Part shown: one piece after another, positions 1 to 10,568 of the stretch
Layout: each line of letters starts with the position of its first letter
How positions within the stretch are numbered: position 1 is the stretch's first letter
From: Bacteroidales bacterium
GTDB lineage: Bacteria; Bacteroidota; Bacteroidia; Bacteroidales; WRLA01
Direction of reading: 5' to 3'
Length of the DNA stretch: 64,000 nucleotides
Assembly: GCA_963676725.1 (NCBI GenBank)
Contig: OY781463.1
Span: forward strand, 4,048,976-4,112,975
Notes under the pieces: model-generated
Databases searched by the model: none
Told to the model about the DNA's origin: nothing
The model's input: the letters and a program-made list of their open reading frames with translations, nothing else
Program-made: the position numbers and the translations under genes

Positions 1-1787
1 TATTTTTGTTCCTTCACTGTTTCCAGCGCATTCACACAGCACCAATCAAATTCCACACTGCTGCCAATACGGTATGCCCCGGACCCTAACACAATGACCG
101 ATTTTCCATCGTTTTCATAGTCTATATCATTGCTTTCACCGCCATAGGTCATATACAAATAATTGGTTACAGCAGGATATTCTGCCCCCATGGTATCAAT
201 TTGCTTAACCACGGGAACAATACCCAACTTTTTCCTGTAATTACGCACACGCAGGAGATCCTCAGAAATATCAGCATCTTCACTTTTTAGCACAAGCCGT
301 GCAATTTGAAAATCGGAATATCCGGCCATTTTGGCTTCCCTGAGCAATTCAACCGACAGATTTTCAAGGGTATTTGACCTTAGCAAAACATGTTCTATAT
401 TATAAATATGCTTCAGTTTTTCAAGAAACCAGAGATCGATACCTGTAAGGGCATGAACCTCCTCAAGCGGATAATTCTCGAGGAATGCCTGATAAATCAT
501 AAAAATACGCTTGTCGGTTGGCTCTGAAAGTTCTTTGGCAAGATTATGTACCCTAAATTCTTTATTGCCCGCAAAGCCGTGCATCCCCTGGCCAATCATG
601 CGAAGACCTTTTTGAATGGCCTCTTCAAAAGTACGCCCAATGGCCATTATTTCACCAACGCTTTTCATTGACGAACCAATTTGCGCCGATACTCCATGAA
701 ATTTCCCCAAATCCCATCGTGGAATTTTGCAAACGACATAATCCAATGAGGGTTCAAAAAATGCAGAGGTTTCCGTTGTGACTGAATTTTTTAATTCAAA
801 AAGTCCATAGCCCAAAACTAATTTTGAGGCAATAAATGCCAGAGGATATCCGGTTGCCTTGCTGGCCAGTGCAGACGACCTCGACAGACGTGCATTGACT
901 TCAATTACTCGGTAATCCTCGGAGTTTGGGTCGAGGGCATATTGCACATTACACTCTCCGATAATACCGAGGCTTCTAACAATTTTGATGGACAGCTCGC
1001 GTAAAAGATGATATTCGCGGTTGGATAAGGTTTGGGATGGAGCCACAACAATACTCTCACCTGTATGAATGCCCAAAGGATCAAAGTTTTCCATATTGCA
1101 AACAGTAATGCAATTGTCGTATCGATCGCGCACGACTTCGTATTCAATCTCCTTCCATCCTTTCAGTGATTCTTCCACCAACACCTGTTCGGAAAAGGAG
1201 AAAGCGTTCCCGAGAAGTGAAACCAGTTCTTCTTTATTATTACAAAAACCACTTCCCTGTCCTCCAAGGGTATAGGCGGCCCTGATGATCAGTGGAAAAC
1301 CAATGGTTTGGGCTGCTTTCATTGCTTCCTTCCGGTCGGATGCTGCAATACTGCGCGGCGTTTTTACATCAATTGAATCTAATTTTTGAGCAAACAATTC
1401 CCTATCTTCGGTCGTCATAATGGTTTCCACAGGTGTACCCAATACCGCTACATCATACTCTTTCAGGATGCCATTATTAAAAAGCTCCACACCACAGTTT
1501 AAGGCTGTTTGCCCTCCAAAAGCAAGCATGATCCCTTGTGGCCTCTCTTTACGAATAACCTCTGTAACATACAGGCTGTTTACAGGCAAGAGATAGGTCT
1601 TGTCTGCAATTTTTTCGGAAGTCTGAATGGTTGCAATATTAGGATTAACAAGCACACTCGTAATCCCTTCTTCCCGAAGCGCTTTTAATGCCTGCGATCC
1701 ACTGTAATCAAATTCTCCTGCTTCGCCAATTTTCAAGGCACCGCTGCCTAAAACAAGTACTTTTTGTATTTTATGGTGTTTTTTCAT
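1..1787 (-). CDS. carB: Carbamoyl-phosphate synthase large subunit, N-terminal about 595 codons (3' end off the window)
   Basis: The frame is open from the ATG at 1785-1787 to the window edge, so it is absent from the ORF track. My translation starts [36 protein letters not shown]. The codons at the left edge read [20 protein letters not shown], which is the start of the second ATP-grasp half. Confidence 0.93.
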   Translation of the reverse strand, partial: MKKHHKIQKVLVLGSGALKIGEAGEFDYSGSQALKALREEGITSVLVNPNIATIQTSEKIADKTYLLPVNSLYVTEVIRKERPQGIMLAFGGQTALNCGVELFNNGILKEYDVAVLGTPVETIMTTEDRELFAQKLDSIDVKTPRSIAASDRKEAMKAAQTIGFPLIIRAAYTLGGQGSGFCNNKEELVSLLGNAFSFSEQVLVEESLKGWKEIEYEVVRDRYDNCITVCNMENFDPLGIHTGESIVVAPSQTLSNREYHLLRELSIKIVRSLGIIGECNVQYALDPNSEDYRVIEVNARLSRSSALASKATGYPLAFIASKLVLGYGLFELKNSVTTETSAFFEPSLDYVVCKIPRWDLGKFHGVSAQIGSSMKSVGEIMAIGRTFEEAIQKGLRMIGQGMHGFAGNKEFRVHNLAKELSEPTDKRIFMIYQAFLENYPLEEVHALTGIDLWFLEKLKHIYNIEHVLLRSNTLENLSVELLREAKMAGYSDFQIARLVLKSEDADISEDLLRVRNYRKKLGIVPVVKQIDTMGAEYPAVTNYLYMTYGGESNDIDYENDGKSVIVLGSGAYRIGSSVEFDWCCVNALETVKEQK

Positions 1788-1820
1788 GCTGCTGAATATT
1801 ATTGAAATTCCTGGTCCATT

Positions 1821-2906
1821 TTATTTTTTAGATTGTACAATCTGATCTACAAAATCATCAAAAAGAAATTCTGTATCAGTAGGTCCTCCTGAGGCTTCCG
1901 GATGAAATTGAACGGCTGACACCATTTTGGTTTTATGACGAATACCTTCACAGGTGCCATCGTTCAGATTGTAAAACCAGGTTTCCCAATCGTCGGGTAG
2001 CGTTTTTGTGTCTACTGCGAAACTATGATTTTGAGAGGTGATATAGCATTTATTGGTTCCAACGATCCGCACAGGCTGGTTGTGGCTTCGGTGACCATAT
2101 TTCAATTTATAGGTTTTCGCTCCCGTAGCAAGTGCCATAAGCTGCGACCCCAGACAAATCCCAAAAATAGGTTTTTCCGCTGTCATAGCCCCTTTAATAT
2201 GACGAATCGAAGCAACGCATATTTCAGGATTTCCCGGCCCATTAGACAGGAAAAGCCCGTCGTAGTCTTCGTTTGTATAATCGTAATCCCATGGAACCCT
2301 GATAATTGTGCAATCCCTTTGCAATAAGCATCTTAGAATATTTGTTTTAATGCCAAAATCAACAAGCATAATCTTGTACCTGCCCTTTCCGTATACCTGT
2401 TTTTCAGGCGTGCTAACCATTGCAACCAAATTATCCGCATTGGGATTATACCATTCTATCTCATTATTAATGATAATTTTTGCAGGCATTGCACCATGCG
2501 TGCGGATATGTTGTGTTAAAGCACGGGTATCGATTCCATACAAACCCGGAATTTGGTTCTCCTCGAGCCATTTGCCCAAACTTTTTCGAGCTGCCCAGTG
2601 GCTGAATTCAAAACTATAATCTGAAATTATCAGGCCGGTTACCTGAATTTTTTCCGATTCAAAATTATTGATTAGGCCGCTATCAGGATCAAACTCCGGA
2701 TTGGGAACACCATAATTACCGATTAAAGGATAAGTTGCCACTAATATCTGACCTTTGTACGAAGGATCCGTAAGGCTTTCGGGGTAACCGGTCATAGCAG
2801 TGTTAAAAACAATTTCTCCTGCGGCACTTTGTTCGTAACCAAAGGAGTAACCATGGAAAATTGTTCCATCTTTGAGTTGGAGTTCTGCTTTTCGTGATTT
2901 TTGCAT
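1821..2906 (-). CDS. carA: Carbamoyl-phosphate synthase small subunit (glutamine amidotransferase)
   Basis: 361 aa. It has the small-chain N-terminus (LKDGTIFHGYSFGY) and the GATase nucleophile context FGICLGSQL, with HPE near the C-terminus. It lies 33 nt upstream of carB on the same strand. Confidence 0.93.
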   Translation of the reverse strand: MQKSRKAELQLKDGTIFHGYSFGYEQSAAGEIVFNTAMTGYPESLTDPSYKGQILVATYPLIGNYGVPNPEFDPDSGLINNFESEKIQVTGLIISDYSFEFSHWAARKSLGKWLEENQIPGLYGIDTRALTQHIRTHGAMPAKIIINNEIEWYNPNADNLVAMVSTPEKQVYGKGRYKIMLVDFGIKTNILRCLLQRDCTIIRVPWDYDYTNEDYDGLFLSNGPGNPEICVASIRHIKGAMTAEKPIFGICLGSQLMALATGAKTYKLKYGHRSHNQPVRIVGTNKCYITSQNHSFAVDTKTLPDDWETWFYNLNDGTCEGIRHKTKMVSAVQFHPEASGGPTDTEFLFDDFVDQIVQSKK

Positions 2907-2913
2907 TTTTGTG

Positions 2914-2949
2914 AAATAAAAAAAGGGAAACCTCTTAACGAAGCTTCCC
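2914..2949 (-). terminator. Intrinsic-terminator-like hairpin plus U-tract 8 nt upstream of the carA ATG (candidate attenuator)
   Basis: The minus-strand RNA reads GGGAAGC-UUCGUUAAGAG-GUUUCCC followed by UUUUUUUAUUU. The 7-bp stem includes one G-U pair that forms only in the minus-strand transcript. No upstream ORF on that strand needs terminating. Confidence 0.5.
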
Positions 2950-3060
2950 TTGTTGTTTAAAAAATATTTTTACTACCGGGTCAGGACACCCATCGATATT
3001 CAAATGTATGGAAATTAGTAATCTCTTCACTGACCCGAATTAAATAATCTTATCGGGATG

Positions 3061-3068
3061 CAAAAATA
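3061..3068 (-). promoter_or_regulatory. Bacteroidota-type -7 box (TATTTTTG) for the carA leader
   Basis: Exact match to TAnnTTTG on the minus strand, about 155 nt upstream of the carA ATG. Confidence 0.35.
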
Positions 3069-3664
3069 ATTATTTTTAGGCATTCCCAAGATTAAGTTTT
3101 TGTTAGATTTGATAATATACCTGTATTAAACTAATAATAAACAGCATACGAATCGGAATAAATAGTCTGAGGTGCATTAGAATATGCGAAGACTCAAAAC
3201 CCTGATACATTATTATCATTGCAAACTCAATAGAAAAACGCATTTAGCCTTAATAATTCACAAATTCTTTTATTACGAAGGTAAACCACCTCAATAGAAA
3301 GGAATGCTTAATTCTTTGTGCTCAAAATAGCATGGCTATTCCTGTGCGCCAAAAATCTGCGCTCCCTTTCTCCTATTGCGCTTTGCATTGAGTCACTGAG
3401 TCTGTCGAATGTGCTCATGACAAAGATTCATGAATTAATCAGGCTAGAATCACCCACCAATGACTAAAAAAAACATCATTTTAAAACAATGGAGCGCAAA
3501 TGCCTCAATTTATTATATCTGACTCAATTATAGCACAAAGCCAATGGCTGGAAACGGATTTGTATTTCTTTGCTTTCCATTTTTATTTGATGTTCACAAA
3601 CAATGAATTTAGTATATTGCACGAACAATTAGAATACACATGATTTTTCCCAAAAGGCTTTAAT

Positions 3665-5524
3665 ATGAACAAGAGAGTAAGATCTTTATTATGCCTCGCT
3701 GTATTGCTCACATTAACCATTCACCTGAGGAGTGAATGTATTGACATCGCGGAAAAATATCAGGAAAAAAACATCATCATTCTCCATTCTTATCATCAAG
3801 GGCTTGAGTGGACAGATAATATTTCCGAAGGCATTTTGGATGCTTTTAAAGATTGCCCTGAATTCAATCTGGTATTTGAATATATGGACACCAAAAGAAA
3901 CAGCTCCGACAGCTATCTTTTAGAATTGAAATCTTTCTTGGAGATAAAAAAACAAAAAATCCCAATTGCCGGCATCATAGCATCTGATAATGCAGCTTAT
4001 GATTTTCTTACAGACTATGGAACACCCTTTTATAAAGACGCTCCAATTGTGTTTTGTGGTGTAAATAAAGCAGACACTAGTCGTATTCGCCCTTTTAGCA
4101 ACTATTATCTATTTCGCGAAACAGCAGATCATCTTGCCAACCTCAATGCCATTTCTCAAATTTTCCCCGAAAAAGACACAATTGTTATCATTAACGACAA
4201 TACGCTCACCGGGCAAGCCATTCGAATGGAGCTCGAAGATGCTCTTTCACAATATCATCAAAAACAGCATATTAAATTCCTCTCCTCTTTCACACTTCAA
4301 GAATTAAAATCAGAGGTTGCAAAGCTTAGCGATGCCAATATAATTTATCTACTCGTTGTGAATCAGGATAAAAACGGTAAATTTATTTCCTATCGCAACG
4401 GCATCAAACAGATACAATCAGCTACGGATTTGCCCATTTTTGGATCTTGGGATTTTTACCTGAACAAAGGCCTCTTTGGCGGCAAAATTACATCCGGATA
4501 CCAACAGGGGATGCTGGCAGCACAATTACTTAAAAGAATGATCAAAGACAGCAGCTTTAATCCGGAGAAAAAGGTATATGATGTGGAAAATAAATTTATT
4601 TTCGACAATCTGGAACTGATAAAGCACAAAAAAACAAAGGAAGACCTCCCCCAAAATTGTGAAATCATCAACAAAAAAAGCAATAATACCCTGAAATATT
4701 TACTGGTATTATTGGCCGGGGCCTTTCTTCTTATTATTGTACTTATTGTACGACTCCTTATAAGAAGAAAACGGCAACATCAGCTGAAAATAATTGTTGA
4801 TGAAAAAACTGAGGAGCTTAAAAATATCATACAAAAGAAAGATGAGTTTTTCTCCATACTTGCACACGATCTTCGTTCACCACTAGGGGCCTTGATGAAT
4901 CTGAGCAAACTTCTTCTTGAGGAGGAAGCCTCTACACAGAAAGAACAAAAATCAATACAGCAACGAATTGAACGGCTTTCAACAAAAACATTTTGCCTAT
5001 TGGAAGACCTTATTTTCTGGGGGAAAATGCAATTTAAGAATGGGCCTGAACCTGACATAAGAACTTTTCGGCTGGCTCCATTGATTCAGGAGCTTACATC
5101 ACTATACAACCTAAATCGATCCAATATCACAATCAAAAACGAGATAAAAAAGGATCAGCTGATTGACTCCGACGAATTTATCTTAAAATATATAATGAGA
5201 AACTTGGCACAAAATGCCATTAAATACAGCCATAAAAATGGCAAGATTATTATTGGAGCTAAAAATGATAGTATATCATGCACAATATGGGTTCAGGATT
5301 TTGGTATTGGAATGTCGCAAAAAACCATCAACAGTATAAAAAGTGGACACCCGCTACAGACAAAAGGGAATACAGGCCAAAGTAGTTATGGCCTTGGTCT
5401 TAAAACAGTTATAAGTTATCTTAAACTACTAAAAGGGGAACTGCATATTGAAAGCGAAGAAGGGCTTGGATCAACATTTTCAATCACCTTGCCATGCAAA
5501 CTGGAGTCGTCGGCTTTACTCTAA
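3665..5524 (+). CDS. Sensor histidine kinase with a large periplasmic solute-binding-like domain
   Basis: 619 aa. It has an N-terminal signal/TM segment, a roughly 300-aa extracytoplasmic domain and a TM helix (LLVLLAGAFLLIIVLIV). The H-box is FFSILAHDLRSPL, with N and G boxes NLAQNAIKYS, DFGIGM and GLGLK. Confidence 0.85.
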   Translation: MNKRVRSLLCLAVLLTLTIHLRSECIDIAEKYQEKNIIILHSYHQGLEWTDNISEGILDAFKDCPEFNLVFEYMDTKRNSSDSYLLELKSFLEIKKQKIPIAGIIASDNAAYDFLTDYGTPFYKDAPIVFCGVNKADTSRIRPFSNYYLFRETADHLANLNAISQIFPEKDTIVIINDNTLTGQAIRMELEDALSQYHQKQHIKFLSSFTLQELKSEVAKLSDANIIYLLVVNQDKNGKFISYRNGIKQIQSATDLPIFGSWDFYLNKGLFGGKITSGYQQGMLAAQLLKRMIKDSSFNPEKKVYDVENKFIFDNLELIKHKKTKEDLPQNCEIINKKSNNTLKYLLVLLAGAFLLIIVLIVRLLIRRKRQHQLKIIVDEKTEELKNIIQKKDEFFSILAHDLRSPLGALMNLSKLLLEEEASTQKEQKSIQQRIERLSTKTFCLLEDLIFWGKMQFKNGPEPDIRTFRLAPLIQELTSLYNLNRSNITIKNEIKKDQLIDSDEFILKYIMRNLAQNAIKYSHKNGKIIIGAKNDSISCTIWVQDFGIGMSQKTINSIKSGHPLQTKGNTGQSSYGLGLKTVISYLKLLKGELHIESEEGLGSTFSITLPCKLESSALL

Positions 5525-5665
5525 AGCAGTTTTCAGGGCTTATGCACCTATTGATCACACAGAACAATCCCTAATCATGCGAACAAAAATTTTTTAATTA
5601 CTGATGCAGTAAAAGGATATATTTTGTATATTGCAGGGAAAAGCGGCAATTAAAAAAACAGCATC

Positions 5666-6070
5666 ATGGAAGAAAACAAAACAGTAAAAAATTGGACAGA
5701 CCGTATTTTTCTGATTGCAGAAGATCTGGAGCATAATTACATTTATTTAAAAAGCCTTCTGGAACTCAAGGGGGCTGAAGTAATTTGGGCACAGGATGGC
5801 AAAAAAGCCGTAGAATTATGCAAAGAAGACAAAAAAATTGATATGGTACTGATGGACATTAACCTCCCAAAACTAAGCGGGCGCTCTGCCATCAGTCAGA
5901 TTAAATCATTCAGACCCGATTTAACCATTATTGCAGTAACAGCCTATGCCTATTCCGGAGAAAAAAGCAAAACAATCGAAGCTGGGGCAGACGCATTTTT
6001 AACCAAACCTGTTAAAAAAGAAAACCTATACGAAGCTATTGATATATTTTTTACCTCAGAGCATATATAG
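5666..6070 (+). CDS. Single-domain response regulator (receiver only)
   Basis: 134 aa. It has an acidic pocket (IAEDLE), the phospho-Asp context VLMDINLP, and AVTAY and TKP motifs. No output domain is present. Confidence 0.85.
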   Translation: MEENKTVKNWTDRIFLIAEDLEHNYIYLKSLLELKGAEVIWAQDGKKAVELCKEDKKIDMVLMDINLPKLSGRSAISQIKSFRPDLTIIAVTAYAYSGEKSKTIEAGADAFLTKPVKKENLYEAIDIFFTSEHI

Positions 6071-6090
6071 CATGCCCTAATCAACAAAAA

Positions 6091-6127
6091 AGGCTGTTTC
6101 AAAATAATGTTTGAAACAGCCTTTTTT
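6091..6127. terminator. Bidirectional rho-independent terminator
   Basis: Perfect 13-bp inverted repeat aggctgtttcaaa / tttgaaacagcct with a 6-nt loop, flanked by an A-run and a T-run. It sits between convergent genes. Confidence 0.7.
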
Positions 6128-6143
6128 ATTAAACAGCAAAAAT

Positions 6144-6992
6144 TTATCTACTAAATGTCCGGGAATATTCTTTGGGGTGTATACTCAAAACAGGAATATC
6201 GGAACGATGCACCATTTGTTGTGCGTAGGGGCCAAGCCAAAGGTTCGAAGTGGTTGTAATCTGCTCAGTCATAATAACAATCATATTTGCATCTACTTCA
6301 TGGGCATAATCCAAGGTACTACTCGTAACATTTTTCGTATCAATTGATTTCAACACAAAATCAACTTTCTGGTCTTCAAGATATTCTGCAACTTGTTTGC
6401 TATAAGTAATTACATCTTCCTGAACGGCTTTTACAGATGTATAATAGAGTGCCAGAATATGGATTTCTGCTTTAAAATAGCGGGCAAATTGCACGGCATA
6501 AGGCACTTTTTGTCGAGTCGAAAGAGTAGAATCGATTGGGACAACAATTTTCTGAAGCGGTTTGTCCAATTGACAACTTTCACGGATAGTAAGCACCGGG
6601 CAACTTGCCGCCGACACAACTTTATAGGCATTGCTTCCCATCCAAAATTCCTCGAAACCTGACGCACCATGAGTACCAATTATAATCATGAATGCATTTT
6701 CTTCTTGGGAATAGTTCACTATTTCCTGATATACTTTCCCCTCCCTGATGGTATGAGAGATCCTATCGCGCGCAATTTTTTCCGCTATTTGATCTTCTAA
6801 TTCGGCGAATAGCGCTTCAATTTCTTCCTCAATATTTTGGTATTTATAGATAACCTCCTTAGTAAAATCAGGACGTTTTACCCATACCAATTTAATAAAA
6901 GCTTCGGTTTTTTGCGCAATCGACACAGCATGCCATAATGCATTCACAGAACAAGCTGAAAAATCGATTCCTACGACAATATCTCTTTTCAT
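6144..6992 (-). CDS. Universal stress protein, tandem UspA domains
   Basis: 282 aa in two Usp halves. It has VVGIDFS and the ATP-binding-type motif GTHGASGFEEFWMGSNAYKVV. Confidence 0.85.
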   Translation of the reverse strand: MKRDIVVGIDFSACSVNALWHAVSIAQKTEAFIKLVWVKRPDFTKEVIYKYQNIEEEIEALFAELEDQIAEKIARDRISHTIREGKVYQEIVNYSQEENAFMIIIGTHGASGFEEFWMGSNAYKVVSAASCPVLTIRESCQLDKPLQKIVVPIDSTLSTRQKVPYAVQFARYFKAEIHILALYYTSVKAVQEDVITYSKQVAEYLEDQKVDFVLKSIDTKNVTSSTLDYAHEVDANMIVIMTEQITTTSNLWLGPYAQQMVHRSDIPVLSIHPKEYSRTFSR

Positions 6993-7025
6993 GGTGCAAG
7001 TGGTTGATGGTTTGTATACGAAGGA

Positions 7026-7433
7026 TCACTCTTTAAGTTTCGGCAAATGAATAAAATCAGGAACGATAAATGCATTTGGGTATTCCCTGCTGATTTTTTC
7101 GAGTGCCCCTTCTGCATCCATACGGCTACGAAAATCGCCAACACGAACCTTATAATAGGGCTCATTAAAAAGCACATAAGCACTTGTTTCTTCGAATAAA
7201 CCCAGAAACTCGTCTCGTGTGTCATTGGCTAGTTTTTTGGAATTATTGCCTGATTCAAAAAACACCTGAATCCGAAATCCTTCAATACCCGGATTCATCA
7301 TATTGATTTGCAATTTCTTATCCAATAGAGTATCGATACGTGCATCTTGATAAACACGTACCGAGCCTGTTTGTGCACTCAAGCCAAAGCCCAAAAACAG
7401 AAAAATAAATAAAATGTTATAGCGTAATTTCAT
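7026..7433 (-). CDS. Secreted SPOR-domain (peptidoglycan-binding) protein
   Basis: 135 aa. It has a signal peptide (MKLRYNILFIFLFLGFGLSA) and a SPOR-like core FRIQVFF...YKVRVGDFRSRMDAEGAL. Confidence 0.8.
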   Translation of the reverse strand: MKLRYNILFIFLFLGFGLSAQTGSVRVYQDARIDTLLDKKLQINMMNPGIEGFRIQVFFESGNNSKKLANDTRDEFLGLFEETSAYVLFNEPYYKVRVGDFRSRMDAEGALEKISREYPNAFIVPDFIHLPKLKE

Positions 7434-7485
7434 CCCTTTATACTATTAATCCGCCAAATTATTCATCAAAGCGGCTTTTAAAATA

Positions 7486-8313
7486 TTATGACTTTGATTG
7501 TACATTAAAGACCGGGCAATCAGCATGATTTACCAATTGTTGGGCCAAGGTTCCCATCATTACACTTGCCGCTGTAGTTTCCTGCTCTGTCATAATGGCG
7601 ATTATATCCGCGCCTTTTTTTCTGGCAAATGAAAGAATTGAAGAGGATGGGTTATAGGTTTCCAAGCAATGTATTTCATAATCCACTCCGGAATCTTTAA
7701 AACAAGCTTCCGCTTTATGCGTATATTCATCCACCTTACGCCGGATTGACTTCAGGTTAGTTTTATACAATTGCAGGATAAGCACCTTCATCGAGGCTGC
7801 TTTTGCAAATTTCTTCACGGCAAGTGCTTTTTGTGCCGTGCTTGTAGTATTATCAACAGGAAAAACAATAGTATCCATATTCTTTTCTAAAGAATAATCG
7901 CTGCGTATTGTAATCACCGGACAAGCAGAATGTGTAACGATGCGGTATGCATTGCTACCAATCCAATACTGCTCATAACCACTAACACCATGCGAACCAA
8001 CAATAACCAAATCAGCATTGATTTGGTCTGCAACAAAAGCCACTTCTTTATACACCTTGCCTCTGCGCAATTTATAATCAAGCTTACCTTCCGTAAGTTG
8101 ACCCTTATGGTCTGTTAATAATTCTTCAAACGACTCCCTGTCTTCCTTCCGGTAGTTTACTCGGGAGCCTTTATAGAGGTTTAATTCCCCTATTTGATCA
8201 TCGACCCAAAGCATGGTAACATCAGCTTTGATGCGGTTTGCAAGGATGATGGCATATTTCAATGCATGAATGGATCCTTGCGAAAAATCTACGGCTACTA
8301 ATAATTTTTTCAT
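7486..8313 (-). CDS. Universal stress protein, tandem UspA domains (paralog of 6144-6992)
   Basis: The ORF track extends to 8355. I prefer the internal ATG at 8311-8313 (MKKLLVAVDFS), which mirrors the paralog's N-terminus. It has the GSHGVSGYEQYWIGSNAYRIV motif. Confidence 0.8.
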   Translation of the reverse strand: MKKLLVAVDFSQGSIHALKYAIILANRIKADVTMLWVDDQIGELNLYKGSRVNYRKEDRESFEELLTDHKGQLTEGKLDYKLRRGKVYKEVAFVADQINADLVIVGSHGVSGYEQYWIGSNAYRIVTHSACPVITIRSDYSLEKNMDTIVFPVDNTTSTAQKALAVKKFAKAASMKVLILQLYKTNLKSIRRKVDEYTHKAEACFKDSGVDYEIHCLETYNPSSSILSFARKKGADIIAIMTEQETTAASVMMGTLAQQLVNHADCPVFNVQSKS

Positions 8314-8499
8314 TTCCCTCCCTTCTGGTAAAATGTTCTTTGCTAATATACGCATATTCCTGATAAAAACAAAAAAGATCTTTCGGCTTTCAAAATATTT
8401 TACGAGATCACACCAAAACTTCGGGCAATCGAAAAATATTCTGGCACTCTCTTAAAAGACCCTTAATTATCTTAACGAAAAGTGCAGGGGGAAATTTTG

Positions 8500-8507
8500 T
8501 ACTTTTG
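8500..8507 (+). promoter_or_regulatory. -7 box TACTTTTG upstream of ruvB
   Basis: Exact TAnnTTTG 19 nt before the ATG at 8527. It lies inside the ORF-track N-terminal extension, which argues for the 8527 start. Confidence 0.35.
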
Positions 8508-8526
8508 TGTGATATATCGTTTTAAA

Positions 8527-9558
8527 ATGAATGAGAACCTTGATCCCAGCGGCCAACAATTAAGCAAAGGCGAAAAAGACATTGAAAAAGTTTTGCGACC
8601 TGCAGTTTTTGAAGATTTTGCTGGTCAGCCCAAAGTTATTGAAAACTTAGGTGTTTTTGTGGCTGCCGCGCGTCAACGCGGTGAAGCCCTCGATCATGTA
8701 CTGCTCCATGGCCCACCGGGTTTGGGAAAAACAACCTTATCCTATATTATTGCAAATGAGCTAAGCGTGAACATCAAAATGACTTCGGGCCCTGTGCTTG
8801 ATAAACCGGGCGATCTTGCAGGATTGCTTACAAACCTGGAGCCTAATGATGTTCTTTTTATCGATGAAATTCATCGCCTAAGCCCTGTTGTTGAAGAATA
8901 TCTGTATTCGGCCATGGAAGATTATAAAATCGATATCATGATTGAAACAGGCCCAAATGCACGAAGCGTTCAAATCGAAATCAACCCATTTACTCTTATT
9001 GGCGCGACAACCCGTAGTGGTTTACTTACAGCACCTTTGCGCTCACGATTCGGAATCAACTCCAGACTAAATTATTATAATACAGAGACTCTGGCACATA
9101 TTGTTCTGCGTGCTGCGGGCATTCTTAAAGTTGAGCTTGATGAAGATGCAGGCTTCGAAATTGCACGAAGAAGCCGTGGAACCCCAAGGATTGCCAACCT
9201 CTTGCTAAGGCGTATACGCGATTTTGCGCAAATATTAGGCGATGGGAATATCGACCTTAAAATAGCAAAATATGGCCTGAAAGCACTAAATGTTGATATG
9301 AATGGCCTCGATGAAATGGACAACCGTATTCTATCAACAATCATCGAAAAATTTAAAGGTGGGCCGGTTGGTTTAACAACAATTGCCACTGCCGTTGGCG
9401 AAGATTCAGGAACAATTGAAGAAGTTTATGAGCCATTTCTGATACAGGAAGGATATATTATGCGCACACCACGCGGACGCGAAGTGACAGAAAAAGCCCT
9501 GAAACATCTTGGCAAAACCATCCTGAACCAACAAAAAGACCTTTTCAGCGATCTGTAA
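8527..9558 (+). CDS. ruvB: Holliday junction branch-migration helicase RuvB
   Basis: It has Walker [10 protein letters not shown], Walker [10 protein letters not shown], and the RuvB-typical RPxxFxDFxGQ N-terminus ([11 protein letters not shown]). The start is moved to MNENLD. Confidence 0.95.
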   Translation: MNENLDPSGQQLSKGEKDIEKVLRPAVFEDFAGQPKVIENLGVFVAAARQRGEALDHVLLHGPPGLGKTTLSYIIANELSVNIKMTSGPVLDKPGDLAGLLTNLEPNDVLFIDEIHRLSPVVEEYLYSAMEDYKIDIMIETGPNARSVQIEINPFTLIGATTRSGLLTAPLRSRFGINSRLNYYNTETLAHIVLRAAGILKVELDEDAGFEIARRSRGTPRIANLLLRRIRDFAQILGDGNIDLKIAKYGLKALNVDMNGLDEMDNRILSTIIEKFKGGPVGLTTIATAVGEDSGTIEEVYEPFLIQEGYIMRTPRGREVTEKALKHLGKTILNQQKDLFSDL

Positions 9559-9566
9559 TAAAAGCT

Positions 9567-10499
9567 TTGACTCAAAAAACCATAAATAAGCAAAAGGTTA
9601 AGGAGCTTGCATTGGAAGCCGGTTTCGATTTTTGTGGCATCGCTCATGCCGGCATTCTAAATTCCGAACAGAAGCATCTTCAAAACTACCTGAGCAATGG
9701 CTGGCATGGGGAAATGGCCTATATGGAAAAGCATTTTGAAAAACGATGCGACCCACAAAAACTTGTAGAAGGAAGCAAAAGCATTATTGTACTCTTGCAC
9801 AACTACTTCCCAAAAACAGAACTAAAAACTGCCAACAACTTTAAAATTGCCCGCTACGCCTATGGAGAAGACTACCATCATGTTTTAAAAGAAAAAATGG
9901 GCAAAATAGTTCAGAATCTGGAACAAGAATTCGGTGCATTTTCATACCGCATTTTTACTGATTCTGCGCCTGTATTGGAACGAGCTTGGGCGGTGCGAGC
10001 CGGACTTGGAGCCATAGGAAAAAACGGAAATCTTATTGTTCCAGGTCATGGATCATGGTTTTTTATCTCAGAAATTATCTGCTCGCTTGATATTGAAGCC
10101 GACGAAGCATTTACAAAAGACCTTTGCGGGAAATGCTCCAAATGCCTCGATGCCTGCCCCACTTCTGCCTTTGCAGACGCCTATAAACTCGATGCCCGAA
10201 AATGCCTCTCTTATTTAAGCATTGAGAAAAAAGGTGAAATTCCGGAGGAATTTAAAGGGAAAGGTAGGGATTTTATTTTCGGTTGCGATATTTGCCAAGA
10301 GGTTTGCCCGCACAACCGACACGCCAAAGCTCATACAGAAAACTTATTTGATCCGAATGAAGCCCTTTTTGAAATGAATAAAGATTCTTGGGAAAAACTG
10401 AGCAAAGAAGAATTTCGGGGGATTTTTAAAAAATCTGCCGTAAAACGGAGCAAATACGAAGGACTGATGCGCAATATCCTTTTTCAAAAAAACAAATAA
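9567..10499 (+). CDS. queG: Epoxyqueuosine reductase (tRNA queuosine biosynthesis)
   Basis: 310 aa. Cys clusters CGKCSKCLDACP and CDICQEVCPHN follow a QueG-like N-terminal region. The apparent start is TTG. Confidence 0.88.
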   Translation: MTQKTINKQKVKELALEAGFDFCGIAHAGILNSEQKHLQNYLSNGWHGEMAYMEKHFEKRCDPQKLVEGSKSIIVLLHNYFPKTELKTANNFKIARYAYGEDYHHVLKEKMGKIVQNLEQEFGAFSYRIFTDSAPVLERAWAVRAGLGAIGKNGNLIVPGHGSWFFISEIICSLDIEADEAFTKDLCGKCSKCLDACPTSAFADAYKLDARKCLSYLSIEKKGEIPEEFKGKGRDFIFGCDICQEVCPHNRHAKAHTENLFDPNEALFEMNKDSWEKLSKEEFRGIFKKSAVKRSKYEGLMRNILFQKNK

Positions 10500-10568
10500 C
10501 AGCACTCATTCCCCTCCGAGAACTAGCAAAAAAAAACATCCCAAACAACTCTTTACGAGATAAATAAA

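Noticed and set aside
3226-3300. 11-nt direct repeat ctcaatagaaa (3226-3236 and 3290-3300) as a regulator binding site pair.
   Set aside because: It is a single AT-rich repeat pair in AT-rich intergenic DNA and could easily be chance. It is mentioned only within the low-interest intergenic finding.
6144-8313. The Usp-SPOR-Usp unit as an unusual stress module.
   Set aside because: Tandem-domain Usp paralogs are common and the grouping has no unusual sequence feature that I can point to. I treat it as ordinary.
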